Source of the DNA: Bacilli bacterium
Lineage (GTDB): Bacteria; Bacillota_I; Bacilli_A; RFN20; CAG-826
Assembly: GCA_028705995.1 (NCBI GenBank)
Contig: JAQWCH010000005.1
Span: forward strand, 2,670 to 66,669
Direction of reading: 5' to 3'
DNA length: 64,000 nt
In this document: one piece after another, positions 40,270 to 50,958 of the stretch
Layout: each line of letters opens with the position of its first letter
How positions within the stretch are numbered: the first letter of the stretch is position 1
Position numbers and translations under genes: made by a program
Notes under the pieces: model-generated
Seen by the model: only the letters and a program-made list of their open reading frames with translations
Told to the model about the DNA's origin: nothing
Database searches by the model: none

Positions 40270-42903
40270 TTAGCGGGGGTTTTTGATTTGTGCTTGAGCG
40301 GCAGCTAAACGTGCTACAGGAACACGGAATGGCGAGCAACTCACGTAATCAAGGCCAGAATTATGGAAGAATTCGACAGAAGTCGGATCACCACCATGTT
40401 CACCACAGACACCAACATGAAGTTCAGCATTGCCTTCTTTGCCTTCTTTTGTGGCAAGTCTGACTAAGCGTCCAACACCTTCTTGATCAATTGTTGCGAA
40501 TGGATCTTGTTCTAAAATCCGATTTGCATAGTAATCTGGAAGGAATTTTGTAGCATCATCACGGCTGAAGCCGAATGTCATTTGTGTTAAATCATTTGTT
40601 CCGAAACTGAAGAATTCAGCTTCTTTAGCAATTGATGTTGCGGTAATCGCGGCCCGAGGAATTTCAATCATCGTTCCAACGTGGTAGTTAAGTTTAACAC
40701 CATGTTCTTTAAGGACTTTTTCGGCTTCTTCAACAATAATTTGTTTTACAAAGCGGAATTCCTTAATACCAAAGGTCAATGGAATCATGATTTCTGGTTC
40801 AACTGGCTTACCAAGATCTTTGCTAGCCAAAATCGCTGCTTCGATAATCGCACGCGCTTGCATACGACCAATTTCTGGATAAGTGACGTCTAAGCGGCAA
40901 CCACGGTGGCCCATCATTGGGTTAAATTCATGGAGATATTCAATCCGCTCATTAACATGTTCAACCGTAACGCCTATGGCTTTTGCTAATTCAGCAATTT
41001 GTCCAGCGTCTTGGGGTAAGAATTCATGAAGTGGCGGATCGAGTAGACGGATATTAACTGCCTCACCTTCCATCGCTAAATAAAGTTGATGGAAGTCATC
41101 GCGTTGATGGGGAAGAATTGCATCCAAGGCAGCTTCACGAACTTTGATATCTTCGGAAAGAATCATTTTCCGCATATGGAAAATCCGGTCAGCATCGAAG
41201 AACATATGTTCGGTCCGGCATAAGCCAATACCTTCAGCGCCAAAAGCTCTTGCTTGTTTGGCGTCACGAGGAGTATCAGCGTTAGTCCGTACATGAAGTT
41301 TGCGGAACTTGTCAGCAAGTTTCATGATGCGGCCGAAATCACCGGAATCAAGGTTGGCCGGCACAAGTTTAATGGCACCCTCGTAAATCTCGCCGGTAGA
41401 ACCATTGACGGAAAGGACATCATTGACGCCATAAACTTTACCGTTAAAGGTTAATGTCTGTTTCTTTTCGTTGATAACCGCTGTTGCACAACCAACAACA
41501 CAGGTTTTACCCATGCCGCGCGCGACGACAGCAGCGTGTGAAGTCATACCACCACGCATGGTGAGGATTGCTTCAGAAGAATTCATACCAACGATATCTT
41601 CAGGAGAAGTTTCAGCACGAACAAGAATAACTTTTTCGCCTTTTAAGTGACGAGCTTCCGCATCTTCTGCTGTGAAAGCTAATGTGCCAACACCAGCACC
41701 AGGGGAAGCGGGCAGACCAACACCAAGAACCTTTGCAGCTTTTAATGAAGCGACATCAAAACTTGGATGTAATAAAGTATCAAGTGAACGTGGATCAATA
41801 CGTAAAACCGCAGTCTTTTCGTCAATTTTTCCTTCGTCCATTAAATCGTTAGCGATTTTAAGTCCAGCTTGTGCTGTGCGTTTACCATTCCGAGTTTGTA
41901 AGAAATAGAGTTTTCCGTCTTCAACAGTAAATTCCATATCTTGCATATCTTTGTAGTGATCTTCCAACTTGTGAACAGTATTCATAAATTGGTCGTACAC
42001 GGCTGGCATTTTTTCCTTTAAATAATCGATATGTAATGGTGTGCGTATACCAGCAACAACGTCTTCACCTTGTGCGTTTGGTAAATATTCAGCATAAATG
42101 CCTTTTTCACCAGTTGCGGGGTTGCGTGAGAAGCCAACACCTGTTCCAGATGTTTCGCCTTTATTACCAAAAGCCATCGATTGAACGTTTACAGCGGTTC
42201 CCCAACTATATGGAATTTCGTTCATCTTGCGATAAACGTTTGCCCGTGGGTTGTCCCAACTGCGGAAAACAGCGCTAACCGCTTCAATTAATTGGACTTT
42301 TGGATCAGACGGGAAGTCTTCGCCAAACACCTTTTTATAGTAAGCTTTGTATTCTTTAACTAGTTCTAGTAATTCCGCTTCAGTAATCTCGGTATCAAGT
42401 TTATAACCACGAGATTCTTTGAGTTCTTCTAACATTTTATCCATTTCGGTCCGGGGGTGTCCCTTAGCGATGTTGGTAAACATTAAAATAAAGCGGCGAT
42501 AGCAGTCAGCGGCAAACCGCTTGTTGCTTGTTTCACTTGCGAGCGCTTCAAACGCTGCATCATTTAAACCTAAATTAAGAATTGTATCCATCATCCCTGG
42601 CATCGAAACACGAGCGCCTGAGCGCACACTTACGAGTAAGGGGTTCTTTTTACCGCCGAAAGTCTTTCCAGTCTTTTTTTCGATGACGGCGATTGCATCA
42701 AAAACTTGCTTAACGACAAAATCAGGAAGTTTTTTACCGCTGTCGTAATATACAGCACACGCTTCCGTAGTCACAGTAAAGCCTTGGGGAATCGGCACAC
42801 CGATATGAGTCATTTCGGCTAGGCCAGCGCCCTTACCACCGAGTAACTCTTTTCCAAGACCATAAGCTTCGTCAAAGTCATATACATACTTTTTTTCTGC
42901 CAT
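40270..42903 (-). CDS. ppdK: pyruvate, phosphate dikinase
   Basis: 877 aa with an ATP-grasp N-terminus, the phosphohistidine motif GGMTSHAAVVARGMG and a PEP-utilising C-terminal TIM barrel. Confidence 0.95.
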   Translation of the reverse strand: MAEKKYVYDFDEAYGLGKELLGGKGAGLAEMTHIGVPIPQGFTVTTEACAVYYDSGKKLPDFVVKQVFDAIAVIEKKTGKTFGGKKNPLLVSVRSGARVSMPGMMDTILNLGLNDAAFEALASETSNKRFAADCYRRFILMFTNIAKGHPRTEMDKMLEELKESRGYKLDTEITEAELLELVKEYKAYYKKVFGEDFPSDPKVQLIEAVSAVFRSWDNPRANVYRKMNEIPYSWGTAVNVQSMAFGNKGETSGTGVGFSRNPATGEKGIYAEYLPNAQGEDVVAGIRTPLHIDYLKEKMPAVYDQFMNTVHKLEDHYKDMQDMEFTVEDGKLYFLQTRNGKRTAQAGLKIANDLMDEGKIDEKTAVLRIDPRSLDTLLHPSFDVASLKAAKVLGVGLPASPGAGVGTLAFTAEDAEARHLKGEKVILVRAETSPEDIVGMNSSEAILTMRGGMTSHAAVVARGMGKTCVVGCATAVINEKKQTLTFNGKVYGVNDVLSVNGSTGEIYEGAIKLVPANLDSGDFGRIMKLADKFRKLHVRTNADTPRDAKQARAFGAEGIGLCRTEHMFFDADRIFHMRKMILSEDIKVREAALDAILPHQRDDFHQLYLAMEGEAVNIRLLDPPLHEFLPQDAGQIAELAKAIGVTVEHVNERIEYLHEFNPMMGHRGCRLDVTYPEIGRMQARAIIEAAILASKDLGKPVEPEIMIPLTFGIKEFRFVKQIIVEEAEKVLKEHGVKLNYHVGTMIEIPRAAITATSIAKEAEFFSFGTNDLTQMTFGFSRDDATKFLPDYYANRILEQDPFATIDQEGVGRLVRLATKEGKEGNAELHVGVCGEHGGDPTSVEFFHNSGLDYVSCSPFRVPVARLAAAQAQIKNPR

Positions 42904-43099
42904 TGTCTATCCTCCATAAATATATTTCTTGTGTGTTAGGCGAACACACTCGCGATTAATATAATATCATAGATATTATGGATTAGTTAGCAAAACGGCT
43001 CATATTTAGCTAATTTGTTCGATGTTTTCATTTTGCAATATTAATGCGTTATTTCTTAAATAGGCGAAACTATGTATAATTTGTTAAGAAAGGCACCTT

Positions 43100-44677
43100 A
43101 TGACAAATAATTCATCGTTAGTCCTTACCATTGATGTTGGAACACAAAGTGTAAGATGCGCAGTTGTTGATCAAACTGGGCAAGTTTTAGCGCTCGAAAG
43201 AAAACAATATCAACCGACATACGTCTCGCCACAGCCGGGATTTGCCGAACATAATCCGAATTATTATTTCGATTGTCTTGTTGAAGTGTGCCAAAAAATG
43301 AAGAGCAATCACACCGATTTATTGTCTAAAGTTGTTGCAATGGGATTAACCACTTTTCGTGATTCGCCAGTTTTTCTCGATAAAAACTTTTTACCAGTAC
43401 GCCCGATGGTTTTGTGGCTCGATCAACGCCAAGCCGAGATTAAACAAAAATTATCGCCACTTGTTCGCTTTGTCTTTTTGTTGGTCGGGATGAAAGAAAC
43501 AGTCCAACTTAACATGAAACGAACACCAGCAATTTGGGTGCAAGAAAACGATTATAAAACTTGGGAAAAAACTGAATATTACTGCAATATATCCACTTAT
43601 TTGACCTATAAATTACTAGGTGAGTATATTGATAGTTCCGCCAATCAAACCGGACATTTCCCCATTAATTTTAAAAAAAGACAATGGTATAAAAACAATG
43701 CACTTAAAGGTCATATTTTTCGTATACCAAACAAAAAATTGTGCAAATTAGTACAACCGGGCGAAATACTTGGCCATATTTCTCCAGAGATTAGCAAGTT
43801 AACGGGCTTACCTGAAAATATACCGTTTTATGCAACGGGGACCGACAAGGGCAATGAGACAATTGGCAACGGCTGTTCAACGCCGGACATTGCTTCTATT
43901 TCTTATGGAACAGCATCATCGGTTGATGTGCATAACAAGCGTTATTATGAACCAGAAACATTTTTACCCGCATATGCAAGCTCAATCCCAGGTTACTACC
44001 AAATGGAAGTGCAAATTTATCGCGGATATTGGATGATCAACTGGTTTTTAAAAGAGTTTGGTGATGCTGAAAACGCTGAAGCACTTATTCTTCGAGTGGC
44101 GCCTGAAAAAATTCTAAACGATAAAATGCTTGAAATCCCTCCAGGTTCGGATGGCTTAATTTTGCAACCGTATTGGGGCCCTGGCCTTAAACGACCGCTT
44201 GCACGAGGCGCGATTGTCGGTTTTAGTGATTATCATACACGCCTGCATATTTATCGGGCAATTGTTGAAGGAATTGCCTTTGCTTTAAAAGAGGCGCTCG
44301 AAGGCATTGAACAGAAACAACACAAAAAAGTTTATCAACTCCGCATCTCCGGCGGCGGTTCGCGTTCATCAGCGATTTGCCAAATTACCGCAGATATATT
44401 CAATCGCCCTGTATCGCGTATTCAGACCGAAGAAAGTTCATCATTAGGTGCAGCAATCGCCGTATTTGTCGCCCACCATGTCTTTACTTCATATCAAGAA
44501 GCAACAAAAGCAATGGTTCATGAAAAAGACACGTTTATACCCAATCCAGAAAACGTTGAAAAATATGCTTATCTATATAAGCGCATTTATAAAAAGTTAT
44601 ATCCAAATCTATCAGAAATTTATAAGGACATACGTGCATATAATGAAAAATATTCAATTACCATCAACGACCGCTAA
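43100..44677 (+). CDS. FGGY-family carbohydrate kinase (substrate unknown)
   Basis: 525 aa with the N-terminal DVGTQSVR motif, and the GGGSRS and FGGY C-terminal domain motifs. Confidence 0.8.
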   Translation: MTNNSSLVLTIDVGTQSVRCAVVDQTGQVLALERKQYQPTYVSPQPGFAEHNPNYYFDCLVEVCQKMKSNHTDLLSKVVAMGLTTFRDSPVFLDKNFLPVRPMVLWLDQRQAEIKQKLSPLVRFVFLLVGMKETVQLNMKRTPAIWVQENDYKTWEKTEYYCNISTYLTYKLLGEYIDSSANQTGHFPINFKKRQWYKNNALKGHIFRIPNKKLCKLVQPGEILGHISPEISKLTGLPENIPFYATGTDKGNETIGNGCSTPDIASISYGTASSVDVHNKRYYEPETFLPAYASSIPGYYQMEVQIYRGYWMINWFLKEFGDAENAEALILRVAPEKILNDKMLEIPPGSDGLILQPYWGPGLKRPLARGAIVGFSDYHTRLHIYRAIVEGIAFALKEALEGIEQKQHKKVYQLRISGGGSRSSAICQITADIFNRPVSRIQTEESSSLGAAIAVFVAHHVFTSYQEATKAMVHEKDTFIPNPENVEKYAYLYKRIYKKLYPNLSEIYKDIRAYNEKYSITINDR

Positions 44678-45758
44678 TTTGGTTACAGCGTCTAACTCTA
44701 TTTTAAAAAAATACGGAGTCGCGCCTTTTCATCAGACTTGCATCGAATTAGATGCCGTATTAGAACATCATGATCGAGTAGTTTTTATTTTGTTTGATGG
44801 GGCCGGAACAAAAATTATTGAAAATTCATGTAAACCAAATAGTGTTTTAAGAACCCGCCCTCATATAAAGATAACATCAATATTTCCACCAACAACAGTG
44901 GCAGCAACAAATGCCTTTTTAAGCGGATTATATCCCAGCGAGAACGGTTGGCTCGGATGGACTCAATATTTTAGTGATCTTGGACGTGCTTTTAATGTAT
45001 TTCAAAATGTGGATAGTTGGACCAAGGAACTTGTTCCCGGTAATGTTATGCGTGAACGCTACCCAATAAATAATATTTTTCATATAATCGCAAAAGTGAG
45101 ACCAGATGTTAATGTACAAGAAGTCATGCCGCATTTTGTCCCGGGTGGAGCTAAAAACCTCAATCAATTTTATCGTCACATTCGCAAGAGCGTTAAAACC
45201 CCAGGACCAACTTTAGTTTATGCTTATTGGATTGAACCAGATAGCACATTACATAAAGAAGGAACAGATTCAAAAAAAATTAAACGCATCATGCGTCAAA
45301 TTAATCGCAAATTATTAAAATTAGAGAAAAAAGAGCCCAATACATTATTTGTTGTTTTAGCTGATCATGGATTAACAAATGTGAAATTTTTAAATATTTG
45401 TGAACACACTGATTTTTTTGAAACGCTAGTTCGCCCTTTTACATTAGAAGGACGGGCCGCCAACTTTTATGTTAAGCCAGAGATGAAAAACCAGTTCGAA
45501 CAACTCTTCCATACCTATTATGGAAAATATTTTCGGCTATTCACAAAAAGCGATGCCATACACGAGGAATTATTTGGTCCAACGCCAATGAGCGATAAAG
45601 CTCGGGTATTCTTGGGTGATTATATTGCGGTGGCAATCGACGACTATGGATTCTACTATTCATTAACCAATGAACCAAAGCGTATGAAAGCACATCATGC
45701 GGGGACACTTGAAGCGGAAATGAGTATCAATTTAACACTCCTGAATTATAAAAAATAG
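44643..45758 (+). CDS. alkaline-phosphatase-superfamily protein (NPP/phosphomutase-like)
   Basis: FILFDGAG, FPPTTVAATNAFLSGLYPSENGW (nucleophile Thr region), LADHGL and a HHAG motif are present. The start is set at ATG 44643 (35-nt overlap with the kinase gene). The ORF-track start 44448 lies inside the kinase gene. Confidence 0.7.
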   Translation: MKNIQLPSTTANLVTASNSILKKYGVAPFHQTCIELDAVLEHHDRVVFILFDGAGTKIIENSCKPNSVLRTRPHIKITSIFPPTTVAATNAFLSGLYPSENGWLGWTQYFSDLGRAFNVFQNVDSWTKELVPGNVMRERYPINNIFHIIAKVRPDVNVQEVMPHFVPGGAKNLNQFYRHIRKSVKTPGPTLVYAYWIEPDSTLHKEGTDSKKIKRIMRQINRKLLKLEKKEPNTLFVVLADHGLTNVKFLNICEHTDFFETLVRPFTLEGRAANFYVKPEMKNQFEQLFHTYYGKYFRLFTKSDAIHEELFGPTPMSDKARVFLGDYIAVAIDDYGFYYSLTNEPKRMKAHHAGTLEAEMSINLTLLNYKK

Positions 45759-45779
45759 TGGCAAAACGCCACTATTTTT
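45750..45779. terminator. bidirectional terminator between convergent genes
   Basis: AGTGGC-AAAAC-GCCACT is flanked by AAAAAAT upstream and ATTTTT downstream. Confidence 0.55.
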
Positions 45780-45787
45780 GTTGTGTA

Positions 45788-47680
45788 TTAACTTTCTGCA
45801 GGAATTTCAAGCGATTCCATTGGATTAGAACCCATGAATTGAGCGTTATATAATTCTGCATAGAAACCATTTAAAGCTAGCAATTCTTGATGGCTTCCGG
45901 TTTCAACAATTTGTCCTTTTTTCATAACGATAATTGTTTTTGCATTTTTGATAGTAGATAGGCGATGGGCGATGACAAACGAAGTTTTACCTTCCATTAA
46001 ACGATCCATTGCTTTTTGAACAAGTGTTTCCGTTCTTGTATCAACCGACGAAGTAGCTTCATCTAAAATTAGTATTTTTGGTTGGCTAATCATCGCACGG
46101 GCAATGGTAAGTAATTGGCGTTGTCCTTGTGAGATATTTGTCCCATCCTCATTTAAGATGAAATCATAGCCACCAGGCAATGTCTGGATAAAATGATCAG
46201 CGTGTGCGGCTTTAGAGGCTTCATAAATTTCTTCATCAGTTGCATCGGTGCGCCCATATTTAATGTTGTTTTTTATCGAACCGTGGAAGAGCCATGTATC
46301 TTGTAAAACCATCCCGATAGCACTACGCAAAGTTCCGCGTGAGTATTCACGAATATCAATGCCATCGAGTTTAATCGCCCCTTCATCAATTTCATAGAAG
46401 CGCATAATCAAATTTACGATTGTTGTTTTTCCAGCGCCAGTCGGGCCAACAATAGCAATCGTATCACCCTGATTGACGTGTAAGTTCATATTTTGGATTA
46501 ATGGTTGGTCGGGTGAGTAACTAAAGGAGACGTTTTCAAACGAGAAATCACCATGAACACCAACTTCGCTTGTAATTGCGTTAACAGCATCAGGGGACAT
46601 TTCTTTTTCATCTAAAACCGTGAAAATACGTTCAGCGGCAGCCATTGTTGTTTGAATCGTCGATACAATGCTACCGATATTGTGAATTGGTTGGGAAAAT
46701 AGATTTAAGAACATTAAGAAAGCAATGATTGTTGGAACGTCAGCAACAATGCCGCCAACTACACAAACAACAACATAGCCGACATTACTAATAAAACGCA
46801 AAGAAGGATGGACAACTGAAGAAATCCAAACAGCAAGAAATTCTGTTCTTTTTAAGTCGTCATTTATATCATCAAAAACTTTTGTGACATGTTCTTCTTG
46901 ATTAAATAGTTTAATAACGTTATAGCCACTAAGTGTTTCTTCAACGTGGCCCTCAAGATTACCGTGTTTATATTGGAATTTTATAAATTGTTTTTGTGAG
47001 AAGTAGGCAATAAAACCCGCCAATAATAAAGAAACAGGAATTGTGCCAATAGCGACAAAAGCGAGTTCCCATTGAGTAACAAACATCGCAATCAACGAAC
47101 CAATCAACAAAGAAACACCAGAAACGATTTGGAATAGGACCTCGGATAAAGAATTCGATATTGTATTAATATCATTTGTTCCACGCGAAAGAATTTCGCC
47201 AAAAGTTTGTCGGTCGAAGAAAGCAAGTGGCAGTCGATCGAGTTTTTCTTTGAAAGATTTACCCATTTCGTAGGCAAAATAGGCACTAATTTTTGCAATT
47301 ATCCAGTTTGCTAGCCATTTAACAAAAGCACTAACTAAATATAAAGCGATAATAAATCCAAAATCTTTTAATAGTGTTTCCCAGATAACGGTAATTAAGA
47401 TGCCGCCGCTTTGGCTAGCAAAGTTAAAGTAAGTGCCGGAAGCACCACCTTGGAGGGCGGCCATGTCACTACTGATTCGTTTCATTAAATCGCGAAGGAA
47501 AACAGGAGCGGCAATTTCAAGCGCAGCCGCAAATACTAAAATGACAATAATAAAAATAATTCGGCCATATTGATTTGAAAACTGCTTGGTTAAGCGTTTT
47601 GCCGTTTGTTTTATGTTTTCGGGTTTGTTAAAACGCTTGTCGCCCATCCGGGCCCCCGGACCTCCGCCCATTCTAGCCAT
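45788..47680 (-). CDS. ABC exporter, fused permease/ATPase (heterodimer subunit B)
   Basis: 630 aa with a 6-TM domain followed by Walker A GPTGAGKTT, signature ISQGQRQ and Walker B ILILDEATS. Confidence 0.85.
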   Translation of the reverse strand: MARMGGGPGARMGDKRFNKPENIKQTAKRLTKQFSNQYGRIIFIIVILVFAAALEIAAPVFLRDLMKRISSDMAALQGGASGTYFNFASQSGGILITVIWETLLKDFGFIIALYLVSAFVKWLANWIIAKISAYFAYEMGKSFKEKLDRLPLAFFDRQTFGEILSRGTNDINTISNSLSEVLFQIVSGVSLLIGSLIAMFVTQWELAFVAIGTIPVSLLLAGFIAYFSQKQFIKFQYKHGNLEGHVEETLSGYNVIKLFNQEEHVTKVFDDINDDLKRTEFLAVWISSVVHPSLRFISNVGYVVVCVVGGIVADVPTIIAFLMFLNLFSQPIHNIGSIVSTIQTTMAAAERIFTVLDEKEMSPDAVNAITSEVGVHGDFSFENVSFSYSPDQPLIQNMNLHVNQGDTIAIVGPTGAGKTTIVNLIMRFYEIDEGAIKLDGIDIREYSRGTLRSAIGMVLQDTWLFHGSIKNNIKYGRTDATDEEIYEASKAAHADHFIQTLPGGYDFILNEDGTNISQGQRQLLTIARAMISQPKILILDEATSSVDTRTETLVQKAMDRLMEGKTSFVIAHRLSTIKNAKTIIVMKKGQIVETGSHQELLALNGFYAELYNAQFMGSNPMESLEIPAES

Positions 47681-49544
47681 TGTTGTTTCCTCCTTCCCCT
47701 GCCAAGATTTGTTGACGCATTAATTTTGTTTTTTCAACTTCTTCAGGATCGAGTTGGGAATTAACAATTTCTTGATAAACGGCACAGTCTTCCAGGAGTT
47801 TATTGTGTTTACCAATTCCAGCAATTTTGCCATCATCAATCACGATAATTTGATCGGCATCCATAATTGAAGAAACACGTTGTGCAACGATAATTACGGA
47901 AGATTCTTTTGTATAGTTTTTTAGGGCGCTCCGCAAGCGAATATCGGTTTTAAAATCAAGCGCGGAAAAAGAGTCATCAAATATATATATTTCCGGTTTT
48001 TTTACAAGCGCTCGGGCAATTGACAAACGTTGTTTTTGTCCGCCGGAGAAATTGCGACCACCCTGAGCGACCTTGGCCTCTAAAGCAAGTGATAAAGCCG
48101 CTTCTTGGTCTAAACTCTCGTCTTTATTAAGTTTCATGACAAAGTTTTTAGCTTGGGCGATTTCCAGCGCAACGTCAAGCTGCTTATTATCCGCAGCAGC
48201 ATTTCCGAACAATAAATTATCGCGGATTGTGCCACTAAAAAGTAAAGCTTGTTGAGGTACAAAGCCGATTTTTTCACGAAGATTATTTTGTGTATAGTCT
48301 TTGACATTAATGCCATCAACCAATAGTTCACCTTCGGTTACATCATAAAATCGTGGTATTAAGTTGATAATCGATGATTTACCAGAGCCAGTGGAACCAA
48401 TGATTGCTGTTACGGTTCCAGGTGTTGTTTTAAATGTGATTTTACATAGCGTCGGCACGTCGGCATCAGGAAATTTAAAGGTAACATCACGGAATTCAAC
48501 AACACCAGTGGTTTTTGTATCAACGATAGGATTAATTGGATCAAGAATTGTGTTTTTCGTATCTAAAATCTCATTAATACGTTTCGCAGAAGCACTGGCC
48601 TGCGGAAGCATAACAAATAAGAAACCGAGCATTACAAGACTCATCATAATTTGCATAACATATTGCGAAATCACGACAGCTTCCGAAAACGAGTTCATCA
48701 CTCGTAAACCATCGTCGGCAGTGACAATTAATTGATTGTTTAATAAGGCAAAAGCGACAATATAAACCGCGACAAACGTCACATTCATCACAATATTTAT
48801 CGTTGGACCTAAGAAAGATGTTGTTCTTACCGCTTTAACAGTGGTATCAGTCATATCTTTATTTGCTTGATCAAAATATTTATTTTCACGTTTTTCTTGA
48901 TTAAAAGCGCGCACAACACGAACACCAGTTAGGCCTTCACGCATTAGCAAGGTAACACGATCAATTTTCTTTTGAATAGCAGTGAATAATGGACCCGCCT
49001 TAATTAAAATTGTTATGAGGACAATTAAAAGTACTGGTATACCAAGTGCAACAATAAATATGTAACGTGGATTAATTGGGATGACGCGAATAATTGCCAC
49101 AATTAAAATTGTCGGCGACATAATTAATAGTCGTGCGCCAAACTGCAACATATTTTTAACATTACGAACATCGACAGTAATTCTTGTGAGTAAAGAAGCA
49201 GTTCCGAATTTTTGAAATTCATTAAGGGATACTTCTTGCGTATGTGTAAATATAGCATGGCGCAAGCGATTGGCGAACATACTGGAAATATGTACATTTA
49301 TAGCCATAACAATTACCATTAAAACAAAAACAATAAGAGAGATACCGAGCATAGTAAAACCGTATTCCCAAATTTTTGCGGATTGAATTCCTTCAGGCGT
49401 TCCGGCGGCTTCTGTGATATATTGCGTTATTTTCCCTGTATATTGAGGAAGTTCTAGCGACAAATATGAGTGGATAAAAACAAGGACGACAACAAGCACA
49501 ACTTGCCACCACTGTTTTCCAATAAAACGGAATAATTTAATCAT
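47673..49544 (-). CDS. ABC exporter, fused permease/ATPase (heterodimer subunit A)
   Basis: 623 aa with GSTGSGKSS, FSGGQKQR and IYIFDDSFSALD. It overlaps the partner gene by 8 nt. Confidence 0.85.
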   Translation of the reverse strand: MIKLFRFIGKQWWQVVLVVVLVFIHSYLSLELPQYTGKITQYITEAAGTPEGIQSAKIWEYGFTMLGISLIVFVLMVIVMAINVHISSMFANRLRHAIFTHTQEVSLNEFQKFGTASLLTRITVDVRNVKNMLQFGARLLIMSPTILIVAIIRVIPINPRYIFIVALGIPVLLIVLITILIKAGPLFTAIQKKIDRVTLLMREGLTGVRVVRAFNQEKRENKYFDQANKDMTDTTVKAVRTTSFLGPTINIVMNVTFVAVYIVAFALLNNQLIVTADDGLRVMNSFSEAVVISQYVMQIMMSLVMLGFLFVMLPQASASAKRINEILDTKNTILDPINPIVDTKTTGVVEFRDVTFKFPDADVPTLCKITFKTTPGTVTAIIGSTGSGKSSIINLIPRFYDVTEGELLVDGINVKDYTQNNLREKIGFVPQQALLFSGTIRDNLLFGNAAADNKQLDVALEIAQAKNFVMKLNKDESLDQEAALSLALEAKVAQGGRNFSGGQKQRLSIARALVKKPEIYIFDDSFSALDFKTDIRLRSALKNYTKESSVIIVAQRVSSIMDADQIIVIDDGKIAGIGKHNKLLEDCAVYQEIVNSQLDPEEVEKTKLMRQQILAGEGGNNNG

Positions 49545-49560
49545 ATATTTCCTCCCCCGT

Positions 49561-50178
49561 TTATAGCTTTACAAAAATGCCAATGAACGTTTCGGGAGAC
49601 GGGACCTTAAAACGTCTGAAGTTCATATTAATGCGATTAGTCACAAGCGATTGAAGAACGCTAAAGCCAATAATAGTGTATTCGGTTGCGGGATGATCGT
49701 TCTTAAACTCACCAGCTAGCTGACCTTTTTCAATGCATTGGAGAATAAAGTCATAAGGAGTTTCATAAAGCGCACCGCCTTTTTGTTTTTTCATCACTGG
49801 TGCTGTTTTTTGTAAATGAAGTGTAAACCAAATATGAATGCGATAGGCAAATTGTAAGTTGCGCGGATTATTTAATTCGATAAAAACGCTACGAATAACC
49901 GATTCAAAAAACTGTTTGGGACTTTGGTTTGTTTTAATAAATTGATTAAACAATTCGTCTGTTGTTGATTTAATATCGGTGATAATCACTTTTAATAAAT
50001 CTGCTTTACTTGTGAAATAGTGATAAAAAAGGCCATGTGAACAACCGGTTGTCAACGTTATATCATTTATTGTTACGTTATCGTAGCCTTTGGTCGCGAA
50101 GAGTTTTAGCCCAGTTTGAACGATTTCTTGCCGGCGTTTACTTTTAATTATTTCATTTTGTTCTTTTGTTTTTGGCAT
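49561..50178 (-). CDS. TetR family transcriptional regulator
   Basis: The HTH reads YDNVTINDITLTTGCSHGLFYHYFTSK. The start is ATG 50178 with a GGAGGA SD. It lies upstream of the ABC exporter pair. Confidence 0.8.
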   Translation of the reverse strand: MPKTKEQNEIIKSKRRQEIVQTGLKLFATKGYDNVTINDITLTTGCSHGLFYHYFTSKADLLKVIITDIKSTTDELFNQFIKTNQSPKQFFESVIRSVFIELNNPRNLQFAYRIHIWFTLHLQKTAPVMKKQKGGALYETPYDFILQCIEKGQLAGEFKNDHPATEYTIIGFSVLQSLVTNRINMNFRRFKVPSPETFIGIFVKL

Positions 50179-50247
50179 CAGGGCATCCTCCGTTTTCATT
50201 GACTAATCACTAATAGTATTTAGATTATAGTCTAGTAAGCAGAAGAA

Positions 50248-50958
50248 TTAAAGATTTACGATACGAAATAATTTATTTATTTCTTCGATGGTTAAGTTTC
50301 TATATGATCCGAGAGCAAGATCAGATGCGCTTAGAGTTGCAAAACGCACGCGATCAAGCTGCATAACCTCATAACCAAAATGTTTAAACATGCGTTTTAT
50401 TTGATGGTATTTTCCTTCGGTCACAATAACGCGAGCATGAAAATCATCAATAATAGTTAATATGGCGGGTTTGGTCATAAATTCATCATTAATTGAAAAA
50501 CCAGTTAAAAAATCATGAATAAGACTTTCTTTAAGCGGGAAATTTACTGTTACAGCATATTCTTTTTCAACATTAAATTTTGGATTAATTAATCGATGTG
50601 TAAGTAGTCCGTTATTTGTAATAATCATTGTTCCTGTTGTGTCTTTGTCTAGACGTCCAACCGGAAAAAGTTCAGCGCGCTCATAGCCAATAAACAGATC
50701 AATAACAGTCGGCGTTTTATCGTCTGTTTTTGCGGAGATATAACCTGCTGGTTTATTCAATAGAAAATAATAATACTTTTGATAATTTATTTTTTGCCCG
50801 TCAACCATGATTGAATCAACGCTATCTTCGATGTTGGTTCCCGAGTCAAATAAAGGTTTTTCATTGACAAAAACGCGCCCCTTTGCAATTAAGATGCGTG
50901 CTTGTTTTCGGGAGACATTTAAAGCGTCGGCAATGTATTTGTCAATTCGTATTGGCAT
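50248..50958 (-). CDS. rsuA: 16S rRNA pseudouridine synthase (RsuA/RluB family)
   Basis: An N-terminal S4 domain (RIDKYIADALNVSRKQARILI) and the catalytic GRLDKDTTG motif are present. Confidence 0.85.
   Translation of the reverse strand: MPIRIDKYIADALNVSRKQARILIAKGRVFVNEKPLFDSGTNIEDSVDSIMVDGQKINYQKYYYFLLNKPAGYISAKTDDKTPTVIDLFIGYERAELFPVGRLDKDTTGTMIITNNGLLTHRLINPKFNVEKEYAVTVNFPLKESLIHDFLTGFSINDEFMTKPAILTIIDDFHARVIVTEGKYHQIKRMFKHFGYEVMQLDRVRFATLSASDLALGSYRNLTIEEINKLFRIVNL

Noticed and set aside
44448-44642. ORF-track 5' extension of the AlkP-family gene. The same applies to jag 33573-33713, gyrB 27076-27132, degV 5643-5696 and the S4 protein 56529-56603.
   Set aside because: These extensions lie inside the preceding genes in another frame and have no homology. 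Internal ATGs with good SDs coincide with the conserved N-termini.
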